From: Ramazzottius varieornatus
Lineage: Eukaryota; Animalia; Tardigrada
NCBI GenBank assembly: GCA_001949185.1
Contig: BDGG01000005.1
Coordinates: 2,705,972 to 2,769,971 of the forward strand
Reading direction: 5' to 3'
DNA length: 64,000 nt
The translations under genes were made by a program, and so were the position numbers. Position 1 is the first letter of the stretch; each line of letters begins with the position of its first letter. This document shows, piece after piece, positions 1 through 11,900 of the stretch. Below the pieces are notes generated by a model. The model was not told the origin of the DNA, did no database searches, and was given only the letters and a program-made list of their open reading frames with translations.

Positions 1-663
1 CTGCCGGACCACATTTTTGAACAAGGAAGTACCAGGACGATGCAGGCGTGGCTATCGTTTACATAATCTGCATAAGATCAGCCTCACTTTTTGCCTGTAC
101 TCAGGCAGTAAGATACTGGACGAATAAGTTTCAATCGTGCCGAAAGAAACAGCTGATTCGGAACGAAGACGAACATCAACAACAGAATAAGTTCCTCAGC
201 ACGACATTGCTTGTTCAGACGAGAAACTTCGACGAAAGTCGCGCACGCGGCGTACTCTGTCACAGCTCATAACACCGATCACTTTTGCAAACTTTGCAGT
301 TAGTTCAAATCAGACGTTCAGTTCGACCAGGTGTTGTACTCCGCCGTAAGACAAGAGCAGCTGCTTTTTCGAAAACAAGGTTAAAGCTCGACATCGTTGA
401 CATTAATCGGATGGGCAAAGTAAAAAACAATCGGCTCATCTCCAACGCTTGAGAATCAGAAACTGGCATTTTAACGTGGGAAAGTAATTAATGGTTCAAC
501 CGCTAACGAGCGTGTGAGTTCGGGGATTCGGGCATTTTCCACAAATAGCTTTCCATGTTTTGTGAATCTACTGAAACCAATAAGTACAAACGAGCAAGTA
601 TGAATTTCAACAATGCAAAGTGGTTCGCAATCGGGGAAACAAAAACAAAGAATAGCATTTTGC

Positions 664-1097
664 TTATAGTTGAATTACAGCAATCAAAGCAACAACTGAG
701 GCTATTAAGAACGAGGAAGGAGAGACCAGGCTTCCAGCACCAAATCCAAAACCGCCACCGCCAAATCCACCACCACCCATTCCGCCACCCATTCCTGGCA
801 CAGCCATGCCGGTAGAAATCTGATAGCCGAGTGGATTCATGTGGCCCATGTTCCCGAACCCTCCATAAAAGCCGGTGTAGTAGGGGTTCATGTACATGCC
901 CATTCCGTACATCATGGGATTTATCGCTTGACCTGCATAAATTAACAAAAGATGAGCGATTTGGCAAAGAACTTGATGAGCGGAATCACTCTGCGCAGTG
1001 TTTGTTTACGATTGCTAATTTGAGGTATTACACCACACTAACCTGCTGACATGGCGAGATAGGATAGCAGGTAGACAAACGCTGCGGTAAAACACAT
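664..1097 (-). CDS. Small secreted Gly/Tyr/Met-rich low-complexity protein with probable GPI signal (paralog 1); exons 1097-1043 and 932-664
   Basis: Exon 1 gives MCFTAAFVYLLSYLAMSAG (signal-peptide-like); phase-1 GT..AG intron 1042-933; exon 2 gives QAINPMMYGMGMYMNPYYTGFYGGFG...GGGFGFGAGS plus hydrophobic C-terminus LVSPSSFLIASVVALIAVIQL*. Confidence 0.8.
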
Positions 1098-2503
1098 CTT
1101 CAGCCTGTCCATCTTCCTTCCTGTGGAGTTCCACTGGCGACAAGGTCCGTTCGTACAGGAAAAGAAGGTTCAGACGTTGGATTTGATTCGTTGATTAGGT
1201 CATCCTAGCTATTGAGACGTCCGGTTCATCGGAGGTTTGTCCGCAGATTCGGACTATGATTATCTACGACAGTTCAATGCTTTACAGATAAAGTGAAATA
1301 CTTGAAGGTAAGCAAAATCGTCGGTCGATCTAGGGAGGTTTTCGGACAAAGTACCCCGATCGCGATGCTGCACCTGGGAAATCAAAAGCCGTACCTTACG
1401 GTATGTGTTGGGGGGAAGTTGAGTAATCGGCGGGATTCTGAGTCAGAAGGTCCACAAGCCGACGAGAAGAAATTTCGACGAAGCACCTTCCAGCGTTCAC
1501 TTATTATGATGTATTGGTACAGGCGTGGAATATGTACGAAGGGAAACAATAATAACCATCGGTTGAAAGCTTTGTATTAGAAAATCGTTCACAACATGAC
1601 TCGAACGAGGTTGTAATACCTTCGATTTTGAGCGAGCTGTGCACATGGCATCTCGTAGCTGCGATCAATGTTAACGCTGTACTACCGGCGCGCTAAGGTA
1701 CGCGAAAAAGCCCTGGAAGCTGCGAGCATACGCGTTCATAACAAGCCAGACTGCTGCGTGTCGGTCCGAAGTATACCGTGTATCGACCATGTATCGAGGC
1801 ACAACGGAAAGATCTCTTCGTTTTTTACAGCAGATCTTGAGCTACATATCATACCTTGTTGTGACACATTTCGGATTCACGGACGCTGATGACCAGTGGA
1901 ACAAGTTTTTTACCGTAGCATTGAACCCCGGTAATCGGCCAAGTGCAATGGTCACTTACTGTTGCGTGTTATCATCACACTCGGCACGTGACTTTGTTTT
2001 TTGAAGATTGATTTCTGGAAATTTGTATCCTTTGCAAACACAGTTTCTTTCCGTCGACAACAGCAAACACAACAAGCACATCTTGGAAGTTTCAGGCCAC
2101 CTAACACTCTCCGGTTCATGTTGCGCCACTGGATCTGGTACCACCATTGGAAGTATACATGTTATATCGTTACCTCAATCTATGTCGACCGACAACGAAG
2201 ATTTCACACGAGACAGCGTTTTTTGAGCCGATCGCTTTTCTGGGCTTTTCCAGTATCATTCATCGAAACGGACAGTTCGACAATTTTCTGCTGTATGACA
2301 ACTTGGACATTTGGACCCTAGCTGCGAATCGACCACCGCAAAGCCACTGCCGCTTCGTGTTCGACTCCGCGCAACCGTCCTTGCTGCTGTTTCTCAAAGC
2401 ACAAGCAGGAACAGAACATCCGCTCATGTAATATCAGCTGTCCCGCAGCAGTTTTGCTTGGAAGATAGCAATCCAGAAAGACTTTTCAAAGAAGTGCGCC
2501 ATT

Positions 2504-2961
2504 ATGCGACACTGGCACATCTTGTTTGAAGGGTGTGGAATTTCATCTGTTTTGCTCCTACTGCAGACATTGACGCAGAACGTTCATGGTACGGTTTACC
2601 TTCAAACCGTATTCTCCTGTTGTCAGCAGAATTCTAAGAACTGCTGGTCGTTTTTACAGGGCAAAGTCTGGCTTACAGTCGTCTGAATCCCATCACGTAC
2701 TATGGGTACACTCAACCTTACCTTTCCGGGTTTTACGGAGGTATAGGCGCCATGCCGTACATGAGTTCATGGCAAGCCTCAATGTATCAAGGAAATAATA
2801 ACTTTGGAGCGCTCGGTATGAATGGACTCGGAGCCTACGGGATCGGAATGGGAGGTTTCGGGAGCTGGAACAGCGCACCAACGCTTTCCGTACGACTTTT
2901 ACCGGTTGCACTTTCAATCTCGTGCCTGTTACTACTGAAACAGTTTATATCACTAGCATAG
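2504..2961 (+). CDS. Small secreted Gly/Tyr/Met-rich low-complexity protein with probable GPI signal (paralog 2); exons 2504-2588 and 2660-2961
   Basis: Exon 1 MRHWHILFEGCGISSVLLLLQTLTQNVHG; phase-1 intron at the same G|Q junction as paralog 1; exon 2 QSLAYSRLNPITYYGYTQPYLSGFYGGIGAM...GFGSWNSA plus hydrophobic tail PTLSVRLLPVALSISCLLLLKQFISLA*. Confidence 0.78.
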
Positions 2962-3139
2962 AGTTTTCAAGAAAGCTTCTAATTTATAACTACTGTACAG
3001 ACATTTTATATGTTTTGCTGTACGTAGAAACCTATAACCAGCGTGAAGTTCAGAACGCCGACGATTTTTCAACTTCATGCAAGTCAAAGACGCCACCTGG
3101 CGTCTTTATTGTACTGCAGGTTCGCTGCCGATAACGAGC

Positions 3140-3145
3140 AAAAAA
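3140..3145 (-). terminator. Pol III oligo-T terminator of 5S gene
   Basis: T6 run on minus strand a few nt after the 5S 3' end. Confidence 0.8.
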
Positions 3146-3148
3146 GAG

Positions 3149-3267
3149 AGCCTGCAACACCCGGTGTTCCCAAGCGGTCACCCATCTAAGTACTAACCGG
3201 GCCCGACGTAGCTTATCTTCCGAGATCGAACGGGATCGGGAGCATTCTACGTGGTATGGTCGCAGGC
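3149..3267 (-). rRNA. 5S rRNA gene (single copy in window)
   Basis: Reverse complement reads GCCTGCGACCATACCACG...CGATCTCGGAAG...GTTAGTACTTAGATGGGTGACCGCTTGGGAACACCGGGTGTTGCAGGCT, 119 nt; 5' and 3' ends pair (helix I); internal box C-like motif present. Confidence 0.95.
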
Positions 3268-4984
3268 AAAAGCTCCAAACATTTTCTGCTATGAGAAGAC
3301 AGATAAACCATAAAATGCGGGTTTTTCCAATCGGGGTCTGTCGGCAATCGCCCATCGGCACGATCGCGGCACTAGGTATGCGGAACTTGACTGCTTCTCT
3401 TCATGTTCTTGGTGAAACGACGTATCGCTGTTTTCGACTCCGAGCCCGCTATTAGGTCTTGCTCGTTCAGACCGAGGTCTACGACACACGCTAAAGTTCC
3501 ACTGTACCAGTACAGTTAGAAATTCACCAGATAAGACGCGCAAACCATCAATGCGGGATCACAATTACGCGCCACCTCCTTAATTACCTAATACTGCACT
3601 GCAAAACACCAATAAAATTACCGCTGCAGCTCAAAAACCGGAACGTAACAGGGCAGTATGGAATCTTCTTTTCTTACAACTTTAGTTGCATTTCGGTCGG
3701 ATAACCGTCAAGATGGCTTCCACACCACGACGGGGAGGCCGCCCGAAAAAAAACCTCTAAGTCTTGACGTTGATTCAGATTGTGTTTCTGTATTTGATTC
3801 ACCTGTGCGAATTAAATCATCGAGGAATATTACTATGCCTTGGAGCTAGTGTGTTCTGACCAGACTTCACTTGCGAACTGCTCAAAAGCGTGTTTAAACA
3901 ATACTGAAACGAGAAGAGACGGCAAGGGTGATAAAGGTCAAAACGAAGAAACAAGAGAATTAGCTTCCATGAAAATTTCATGGAAATGCAGGCTGCCTTT
4001 GTGAGGCCACGAGAGCGGCTAATTGTTTGAAGCATGGAACTCGCTCAAGAGAAAGGCGGCTCAAATGCTCAGATGAAGCATTCGAGACTGACCCAATGAC
4101 CAAGGCTGAACAGATGCAGCGTAAAAATACTCCGCAGGTACAGGGTGGAAGTTGACTGGTCAACCCTCTCTCTGTCCATCTCGTAAAGAAAACAAACTTT
4201 GAAGCATCACGGTGAACATTCGACCCGACCACGGTCGAAATTGGGTTACAAATAGTGAAATGAAGAAAAAAACTCATACAAAATTATTTTCCGAAGCAAA
4301 ACAGTTGTGTTCACAAAGTGTTAGGTTTGGAAACCGAGACTGACTATAGTTTTCGAGAAACAGCCTCCCAAAGTCAATTTGTCCTGCCATTTTTAAATCT
4401 GCGCGGTCAACATTGCAGGTGGCTACTTAAAAAAACTCTCACTTTGTCGGCAAGGTTGTTATCTACAACTTTTGTGCTGGGTGGCTCCCGACTGAACGCA
4501 CGAGTCGAGATAGAGCACCGAAAAACCAAAATCGTGTTCGTGGGTCCACAGCAGCGCACTATAGCCTCTGGCTGCGTAGCGCGCACCACGACACGGTAGT
4601 ATGACCATTACTTCATCATGGGGAGCACTGTCTACACGGAAAACATTCCCCCATCTTCCGTATCTAATTTTTTGGCGAGAGGGCCAGAATACACGATAAC
4701 CTCCCCTTAACCGGCGGTTCTGCAGGTATCTAACCAAAAGGTTCCCACTTCTCCCTATAGCGACACGATACTAAACTTGGCCCACGTAACTGACATACCT
4801 CTGGGATGTTTATACTGTACCTTAACAGGAATGAGCCCTCAGGATTCGAGTGTGGGTTCTGCTGGTCCTTTCAGCAACTCGTTTCGAAGTACAGACCCTT
4901 TCCGCCTTTCCGCTAGGTTTCCGCTTTCATTTGCCGAGTAAACACAGATCACGGTGAATTACTGCATTCAAGCAAGCTTTTGGG

Positions 4985-5275
4985 TCATGGCGATGCTTCC
5001 CAACCGGTAGAGGCTTCCATGTCGTTCAGGTTGACATCAAAAGACGTATTCCATGTGGACATGTCGTACAGCGAAAGTCCAAAGCTGAGGACATCCGACT
5101 CGGCTGTCAAACTCTTGCGCGGGTCTTGTCGAACTTCTGGCGGCATCCACATGTTGACGATCATGGTCGACACTCTCTGTTCCCACTGTCTCCAAGTGCT
5201 CGCCACGCCATCTGGTGACAATTTCATAGCACGCTCTCAAGAAGTGTTTCCTCAGACCGGTTTCAAAGTCTGTCC
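4985..5275 (-). pseudogene. Degenerate protein kinase (TKL/RAF-like) fragment
   Basis: WMPPEV...TAESDVLSFGLSLYDMST..F matches kinase subdomains VIII-IX; upstream LKPV*GN region carries in-frame stops and no intact DFG. Confidence 0.45.
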
Positions 5276-5605
5276 TGCCGGTTTGTTATAAAACTGTGAT
5301 GAATCATTCCTATACATTTCTGGTTGTGAGCTCATTCAGTCACGAACACGCAGAATGTTAAGGGAGACCGTAGCGAAGTCTACTAGGACGTTGTATGACA
5401 TAGGCTACAAGGCTAACGATAAGCCAGTGACTATATGCTCCGTCCAAGGTGACTTTGCAATCCGGTACGCAGCCTGTAATTGTTTCATGCACTGTATAGC
5501 GTATCCGTATAGGGAAAAAAAGATATAGAGCACTGCTGTCTCCAGTTAACTGTTTAGTTCTTCCGCTACTATTCTTCGGACCGATTCTTACTTCGATCTT
5601 CCAAC

Positions 5606-6019
5606 ATGGGCGACCACGGTAACGTCAAGATCGTGACCGACAAGTCAGACCTGGAGAAGATCCTGAAGGATGCCGGTGGAAAGCTGGTCATCATTGACTT
5701 CTCGGCCAAGTGGTGCGGACCATGCAAGAACATCCATCCCAAGTACACCGCCTTGTCGTCCCAATATTCCGATGCCGTATTCCTGACTGTCGACGTGGAC
5801 GACGCCGAGGAGATCGCGGCTGCGTACGATGTCAGCTCCATGGTAAGAATTCATGCAGCTGTTGATGTACACTGATTTTGCCTTAGCAACTTGATTCAAA
5901 CATCAAGTTTTTGTCCGTTGTAGCCTACCTTCGTCTTCGTCAAGAATGGCAAATCCGTCGAAAGGTTTTCCGGAGCTAACCCGACCAAGCTAGAAGAGAT
6001 GATCAACAAGCTGAAGTAG
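5606..6019 (+). CDS. TXN: Thioredoxin (copy 1); exons 5606-5842 and 5924-6019
   Basis: KLVIIDFSAKWCGPCK active site; intron splits M|PTF; exon 2 PTFVFVKNGKSVERFSGANPTKLEEMINKLK*. Confidence 0.95.
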
Positions 6020-6964
6020 ACCTTTAGAACTAGGATGGGGGTTGCACTCGAAAAAATGCCTTGACGGAATAACAATCTTTTATACCATAATCAACTCGCC
6101 TTTCAATTGACTGTACAGTCATGTTGTGCGTGATAACATCTGCTGCCCATTCTTGAGGTTTTAAATTTGTCTAACGTTCAATTTTAACGGAAATTCCCCT
6201 AATATTGTCTTTTGAATAACGTGACATTATTCTCAAGTTTAAAACTTTGAATTGCCGCTCTGAATTTGTGGGTTTTTGAGCCATTTTAGAATTCTTCAGT
6301 GATTACCTGGGACTAAAACTCAACTCGTCAGTTCAGTTTTCCTGCAGATTTCATTCCCCACAGCTCCTGACTTATTGGAGAACAAAGGTTTCGCGAATGT
6401 CGTTGATCGTACCCACGGTCTTACTTCGTCAGATTCCCGTGGATGGACCCTTGTAAATTTTAGGTTTCTGGTGCTGCGATGTAGCCCTCAGCCTGTAAAC
6501 CGCCGACATTTTGTTAGCTCGAGCGCCATCTAGCTGTGGATACGGTTGTACAACAGACGTACATGTACAGGGTACGCCAACAGATGCGCCAGTTTCTCGT
6601 TCCACTCCCGATTTTCCGCATCCTGATTCCTGGATGCCAGAATGGAGAGGGTACGAGATCAGTCAACCGCTCACATTTGGCCTCACATTTCGGACTCTCA
6701 CATCTAGTCTCACATTTCGCCAAGGCAAACCCCGCCCCAAATCAAAAAATGTGAGACGACAACATGACGAGCTGCGGAAATCGCCACTTTGAGAAATGAG
6801 TATCGGCTTATGAGAATGCGTCCAAAGCATTTTAGGTCGGAACTGGCCTTTTATACATCAAATTGTTCGAAATGTTGAACCGCACCACAGGTTAATTTCG
6901 CCGCACTTTGCCGCGGTAATTAAATCAAAACGCTTGGCTGGAAGATTTTAAATTACTGCTCCAA

Positions 6965-7176
6965 ATGCATAGGGGTGTTCTGGGCCAGTTTCAACATTGG
7001 CGATGTGTTGCAGCTGGAGACGCGCACCAGCGAGCACTTTCGGCGCACGTTGTCTCCATAGTCTTGGTACTTGATCAGTTGATTAAAAGCGCTGCGCACA
7101 CCGGATGAGACCTATGTGCGAGCTAACATAAGAAAACACGTGCTTAGGGGTGAGACACCCCTATGCATAGGGGTGT
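6965..7176. repeat. Small inverted-repeat element (ATGCATAGGGGTGT ends)
   Basis: ATGCATAGGGGTGT at 6965; palindrome ACACCCCTATGCATAGGGGTGT at about 7155-7176. Confidence 0.45.
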
Positions 7177-7453
7177 ATTATTCCTCGTAACTCACTCACC
7201 AGTGGTCAAAACTTGATTCTGACTTCGGGTTCGGGTTCCTCAAGGTCTTTTTGACGTAGGTTTCAGTCTCGTTTGACTTCGCCCCTGGGGTCCAGAAACT
7301 TCAAATGCTCTCCTGAACAATTTAATCGTGAGCCAGTTCGACGCATTCTCATACGTCGATACTCCAATGGCTGCGCCGCGCAGCCTGCGCGGCACTCATT
7401 TTCGCTCAGATGGCCTTATCCTCGCTCGGAAGTCGTAAAACATGATGGACAGC

Positions 7454-8007
7454 TAGTGCTGGCAAAGATACGGTATACCGATATCGTATCGAGATATATC
7501 GAATCTTTGCGATAAAATATTCGGCGATGTCGTATCGCGCCATATCGATATATTTTCGATATATCGGTATTTTGCTGAATGGCAAACTGGCCAGTGATAT
7601 CTCGTTTACGGAAGACCATGTTTGATTCCAAAACTTGATTTTGGCCCTAGTGTACCGAGTACACGCCACCCATTCGGTTCTGGTACTAATTCTGTCCAGG
7701 TTTCCATGTGTTTGAAGTTTTGGTATAATCATGTCTTTGCTGTATCCAACGCTTTCGATCTCACTAATACTTTATGTGGAAATCGGCTTCTCGAGTTTTT
7801 GGGCTTGGACCAGTGAAATTCCGAAAAACTAAAATCCAGAAATATCGATATATCGCTGCGATAAGATACGATATATCGAAAATACGGTAAAAAAATATTA
7901 TATCGAAATATCGATATCGAATGAATATCGAAGACCGCGATAAAATATCCGCCGATATTGTAGCGAAAAATATCGTATCGAATTTTGTCGTATTTGTGCC
8001 AGCACTA
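7454..8007. mobile_element. Non-autonomous hAT MITE
   Basis: TIRs TAGTGCTGGCAAAGATACG / CGTATTTGTGCCAGCACTA; 8-bp TSD TGGACAGC / TGGTCAGC (1 mismatch); ATATCG-rich subterminal repeats. Confidence 0.85.
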
Positions 8008-8062
8008 TGGTCAGCACGGTCTCACATAACGGTCGACTTTTGGTGAGCAGCCGCAGTCTCAC

Positions 8063-8597
8063 ATAATTTTGTAAACTCTTGATTCCATTCCTTTCCAAAT
8101 TCCGTTCCATTCCTCGAATTCCGTTCCGTTCCAAAGGGTAGCGGTTTGGAACGGTGGAATTCCTATTTGGAAAACTAGCAAAAATCGGAGAAAATTTAGG
8201 AATTCCACGAGGTGAACAGTCGAAGATCTGGCAGATCTTGTCGGAAACCTGAACCGGATGCTGGCTCATGCATGCGTACCACTGAGGCTAATTGGTCGTT
8301 CAGTTGAACGACCAATAGCATTTTCGATCCGTGGCACTAAAGTATACGGCGCATTCAACTTTGCGTAAGTCTTCGACTTTCCGTTACACTTTCAGGTGCG
8401 ACGACCGGAAGTTCGGATCGGCCAATCTTCAGCTGGCTTTCAGTCTCAACCAAATATTTGTGGATGACTTCAGATCATGTTTACGGTGCTAGATGGGTAT
8501 GTAAAAAGAACTAAGCTGGCAAATGGCACTTTGTAAATCCAGATTTTCGCGAGAATTTTCCATTCCAAGGGTATTCGGCCTGGAATTTACAACCTTA
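8063..8597. mobile_element. Degenerate MITE with ATTCC subterminal repeats
   Basis: Imperfect ends TAATTTTGTAAACTC / GAATTTACAACCTTA; repeated TTCC and GGAAT motifs near both ends. Confidence 0.4.
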
Positions 8598-9110
8598 GGA
8601 CTCCCACATCTAGGGATGTTAATTATCCATCCACAACGGATTTATCCGGATATATCCGGATAAAACATGGATTGGATAAGAATTTGATCCATCCAGCTCC
8701 TGATCGGATAAAACTTTTATCCATCCGGATATGATCCCGATAACATCTCTATCCATCCGAGGTCTATCCGGATGAACCTACCTGAATCAATAAAACAGAC
8801 AACCAAAGCAGAACAGCCCAACTCGTCTTACTAACGTTACGTAGCAGTATGAAAGAATCGTAACGATGCGCAATCCCTCTACTGTTACAAGCCTACCGGA
8901 AGTCAGCATATTGAACATTGTTTCTCGTTACACTCTTCCGTTCTTACAAACCATAGCTCCTGCTGCTTGTAGGTTGTTTTCATTACAGTCAAAGAGGAAG
9001 TTCCGATATTGCCGAGAAGTCTACTGCTCCACCTCCGAATACGCAGCTGTCTAACCGCGAACGGATGATGGCACAATCAACTTCGGCAGTAGACTCCCGC
9101 CTTAACGAAG

Positions 9111-9344
9111 ATGACCAATTCTTCCTGGATCCAAAGGAATCAGTCAAGAGATGTCCTGGAATTTTGGAGCATGTCGGAAAGCCGCTATCCGACATTGTAC
9201 CGCATTGCGAAGGATGTTCTGGCTGCACAGGCTTCTTCTGTGCCTCCTGAGACTGCATTCTCTGATTGTGGTCGATACGTTACAGTCCTTCGTAACCGCC
9301 TAGAACCTGAGGCCCTTCAAGCCATGTTATATCTGAACTCTTGA
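9111..9344 (+). pseudogene. hAT transposase C-terminal dimerization domain remnant
   Basis: VLEFW....RYPTLYRIAKDVLAAQASSVPPETAFS..G...T.LRNRL motif. Confidence 0.85.
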
Positions 9345-9600
9345 ACTGTGGTTTTTGAAGCTATGGTAGCAATAATAATAACCTTCATTTTGCTCGAATG
9401 CATAGCCAGGCTCTGCGCTGTATGAACAAAATTCGAAAAATAAGGCAAGAGCGCCGCGAGAAAAGGGAAAAAAGTTTGAAAATAACAGGCTTCAGACCAG
9501 TAGATTTCCATCAATGTATTTCTTGCACCACATAAACTTAGAAAGATGGAGTTTACCGACATAGTTTTTGAAAGACCCAGGGCTTTTTTAAGTCTACAAA

Positions 9601-11048
9601 TAAATGACAAAATGAAGGATCTTTGAGAAGAGCTTCGGCGATGTAAGCGAAGGAGCCGACGGTGGACTTGAGAAGTGCGCGTGAAGAGTTGGCCATCGGG
9701 ACTAGGGACAGCATCATGGCTTTATCGTGGCTCCTGGTTCGTAGATTCGGGCTTGGCTGGACAATCTTCATCAGCTGTTCTGCGTTTGCGAAGGTACCGT
9801 TTCATATCTTGTAGGTCGTCTCCAGAATTTTCTCGTAGCGGCGGTGCCACAATGGCTTCCATTCAACTTCCCGGAGATCCTGGAGGTATCGACTGAAGTC
9901 TGGGTCGTGGCTCTGGTCCTCTTTGTCGGCTCGGCTTGGACGGATGCTCTGTGAAAAGTTTTTCTGTATCGACTCCAGCTGCCTCTGCAATTTCTTAGTA
10001 CTGAAGAACCAGCAAGGAGAAGCATAGTCCGCGACTGATCGCACTAAACTGCTAAACAGGAGCTGCGTTACCGCGCCATATCGCTTCGGGAAGAAACCGT
10101 TGATAACATACAGCGTTTGTCTGCACTTCGCTGTAACTTTGTTCACCTGAGCCGTCCAGTCCATCTTGCTTGAAATCTTGACACCAAGGCACTCTGCTTC
10201 GTTCTCAGTCAGGATGACTTTGTTGTTGATCGTGTAGCTGCCACTAGGAATTTCTACCTTCTTAGTCTTGTTCGATATTCGGAGATGTTGGGATTTTCCA
10301 GGGTTGATCTCCAGCCCGGTTTCTTTGCACCACTCTTCCAGTCGATCTAGGTCTTGTTGAAGTGCTTTGCAGTCTTCGTTGTTCTTGATGGCCCGCCACA
10401 AGACGATTTCGTCCGCGTACTGCATGACGAAGCACCGGAGCAATGAGCCGAGAATTGACCCCTGTGGGACGCCAGAAGGGACAGCACGCTCTGTGGAGAA
10501 ATGACCATCAGTCACTACTCTTTGACTTCTTCCTCAGAGGTAGTCGGACAGGAGATCTTTGAGTTCTCCTCCAACTCCGTTACTCGACAGACTTGTTACG
10601 ATGGTGGAATGGGGAGGCTTGTCGAAGGCTTTTGAGCAATCCAGGTAGACTACATCCACTTCTTCTCTCCTCAGCAAAGCTTGGCTGTAGTGGTAGGCCA
10701 TAAGGAGCAGCTGCATCTCGCTGGATCTTCTTCTCCGGAAACCAAACTGCGAATCTGAAAGTAAGCCATGAGAGTTCAAATAGTTGGTCAAGTGGCTCGT
10801 TGCGATCTTTTCAAAGAGCTTGGACAGCGGCGGAAGGAGTGAAATCGGACGAAACTGCGAGCATACCTTCTTCGGTATAAGCACCACGTCGGCTTGCTCC
10901 CAGGCTGTTGGATACTGTTTGCTGCTCACTATTAAGTTGAAGAGTCGTGACAAGGGATGCAGAATGGACGTCCCAGCGATCTTGAGCAGGCGATTGGTGA
11001 TGAAGAAGCTGCCGGATGCCGGATGATGACAGACGATGAATAGATACG
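9601..11048 (-). mobile_element. 5'-truncated LINE (CR1/L2-like) reverse transcriptase remnant nested in hAT
   Basis: FRPISLLPPLSKLFEK, QFGFR, YLDCSKAFDK, SGVPQGSILG and degenerate YADE; in-frame stop at 10534; flanked by possible TSD CTACAAA (9594-9600 and 11049-11055). Confidence 0.85.
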
Positions 11049-11744
11049 CTACAAAGTTTGGTAGTTTCGGTTTGGCTCCAGTGATTGAACAGTTTGTATC
11101 TAATTGGTTTAACCGGATAATATTCGGATAATCCAGATAAAAGTTTTATCCAAGAAGCTGGATACGGATAAACCTTTTATCCATCCAAATTGTATCCGGA
11201 TAAATTCTTATCCATCCGCTTATCCATCCATCTAACCGTTTATCCATCTATTAACAACCCTACCCACATCACATTTCGACGCTCACATTTGGGTTAAGCC
11301 ACCGCCACCCATGCAGGCGGGGTGGAGCCGGTCCCGACCAAATGTGAGCACTGAACTGTGAGAGTGGAAATATGAGCGGTTGATTGTTTTTTCGCACGCT
11401 GTGAAATATGGCCAGACTGCAGAATCTTCTGCGATCCAGTTGGTCTCTTGTATCTGTTTACATTCTGCGAGAGCTCCGCCCAAAAGGCTGGCCTTCCAGC
11501 GGAGCTTTAGAATGAATTATGGACCGCTTGAGTCATCGTAGAAAGCTGTTCAGGCATTCTAAAGCCCTTAAATTGGGGAAACTATGGCAAGCCTGAGCCT
11601 TTGGCGGAAAGATCAAAGGATGGGAACCAAGGTTTATTCACATCTGACGTAATAAAAAGCCCAGACCGGTTACCACGCCCATTGACCAATAGACAGAAAA
11701 GACGGGCCAATAAATCAGCTGCGATTGGGCGGTCAACCTATCAA

Positions 11745-11900
11745 TGGCAATGGCTAGTGTCGGTGGTTAGACATAGAAAAACTAATGGCCGGCCCCTAGT
11801 GCTCAACCTAGAAAGACCAATGGTCAACCACTAGTGGTCGAGACAGCAAGACCAACGGCTAGCCACTACTGGTCAATCTACCAAGATCAATGGTCAACCA
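11745..11900. repeat. ~35-bp degenerate minisatellite, about 4.5 units
   Basis: Units such as AAGACCAATGGTCAACCACTAGTGGTCGAGACAGC and AAGACCAACGGCTAGCCACTACTGGTCAATCTACC. Confidence 0.65.

Larger units (their letters stand above)
8611..11262 (+). mobile_element. Internally deleted hAT DNA transposon
   Basis: TIRs TAGGGATGTTAAT / ATTAACAACCCTA; perfect 8-bp TSD CCCACATC (8603-8610 and 11263-11270); ATCCGGAT subterminal repeats; residual transposase fragment. Confidence 0.92.
6660..11386. mobile_element. Outer degenerate TIR element hosting nested insertions
   Basis: CAGTCAACCGCTCACATTT at 6660 and inverted AAATATGAGCGGTTGATTG ending 11386; CTCACATTT subterminal repeats at both ends and in fragments between inner elements; no TSD found. 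Confidence 0.5.

Noticed and set aside
3268-3700. Spliced-leader RNA gene linked to 5S as in some nematodes
   Set aside because: No SL1-like GGTTTAATTACCCAAG sequence or convincing Sm site seen
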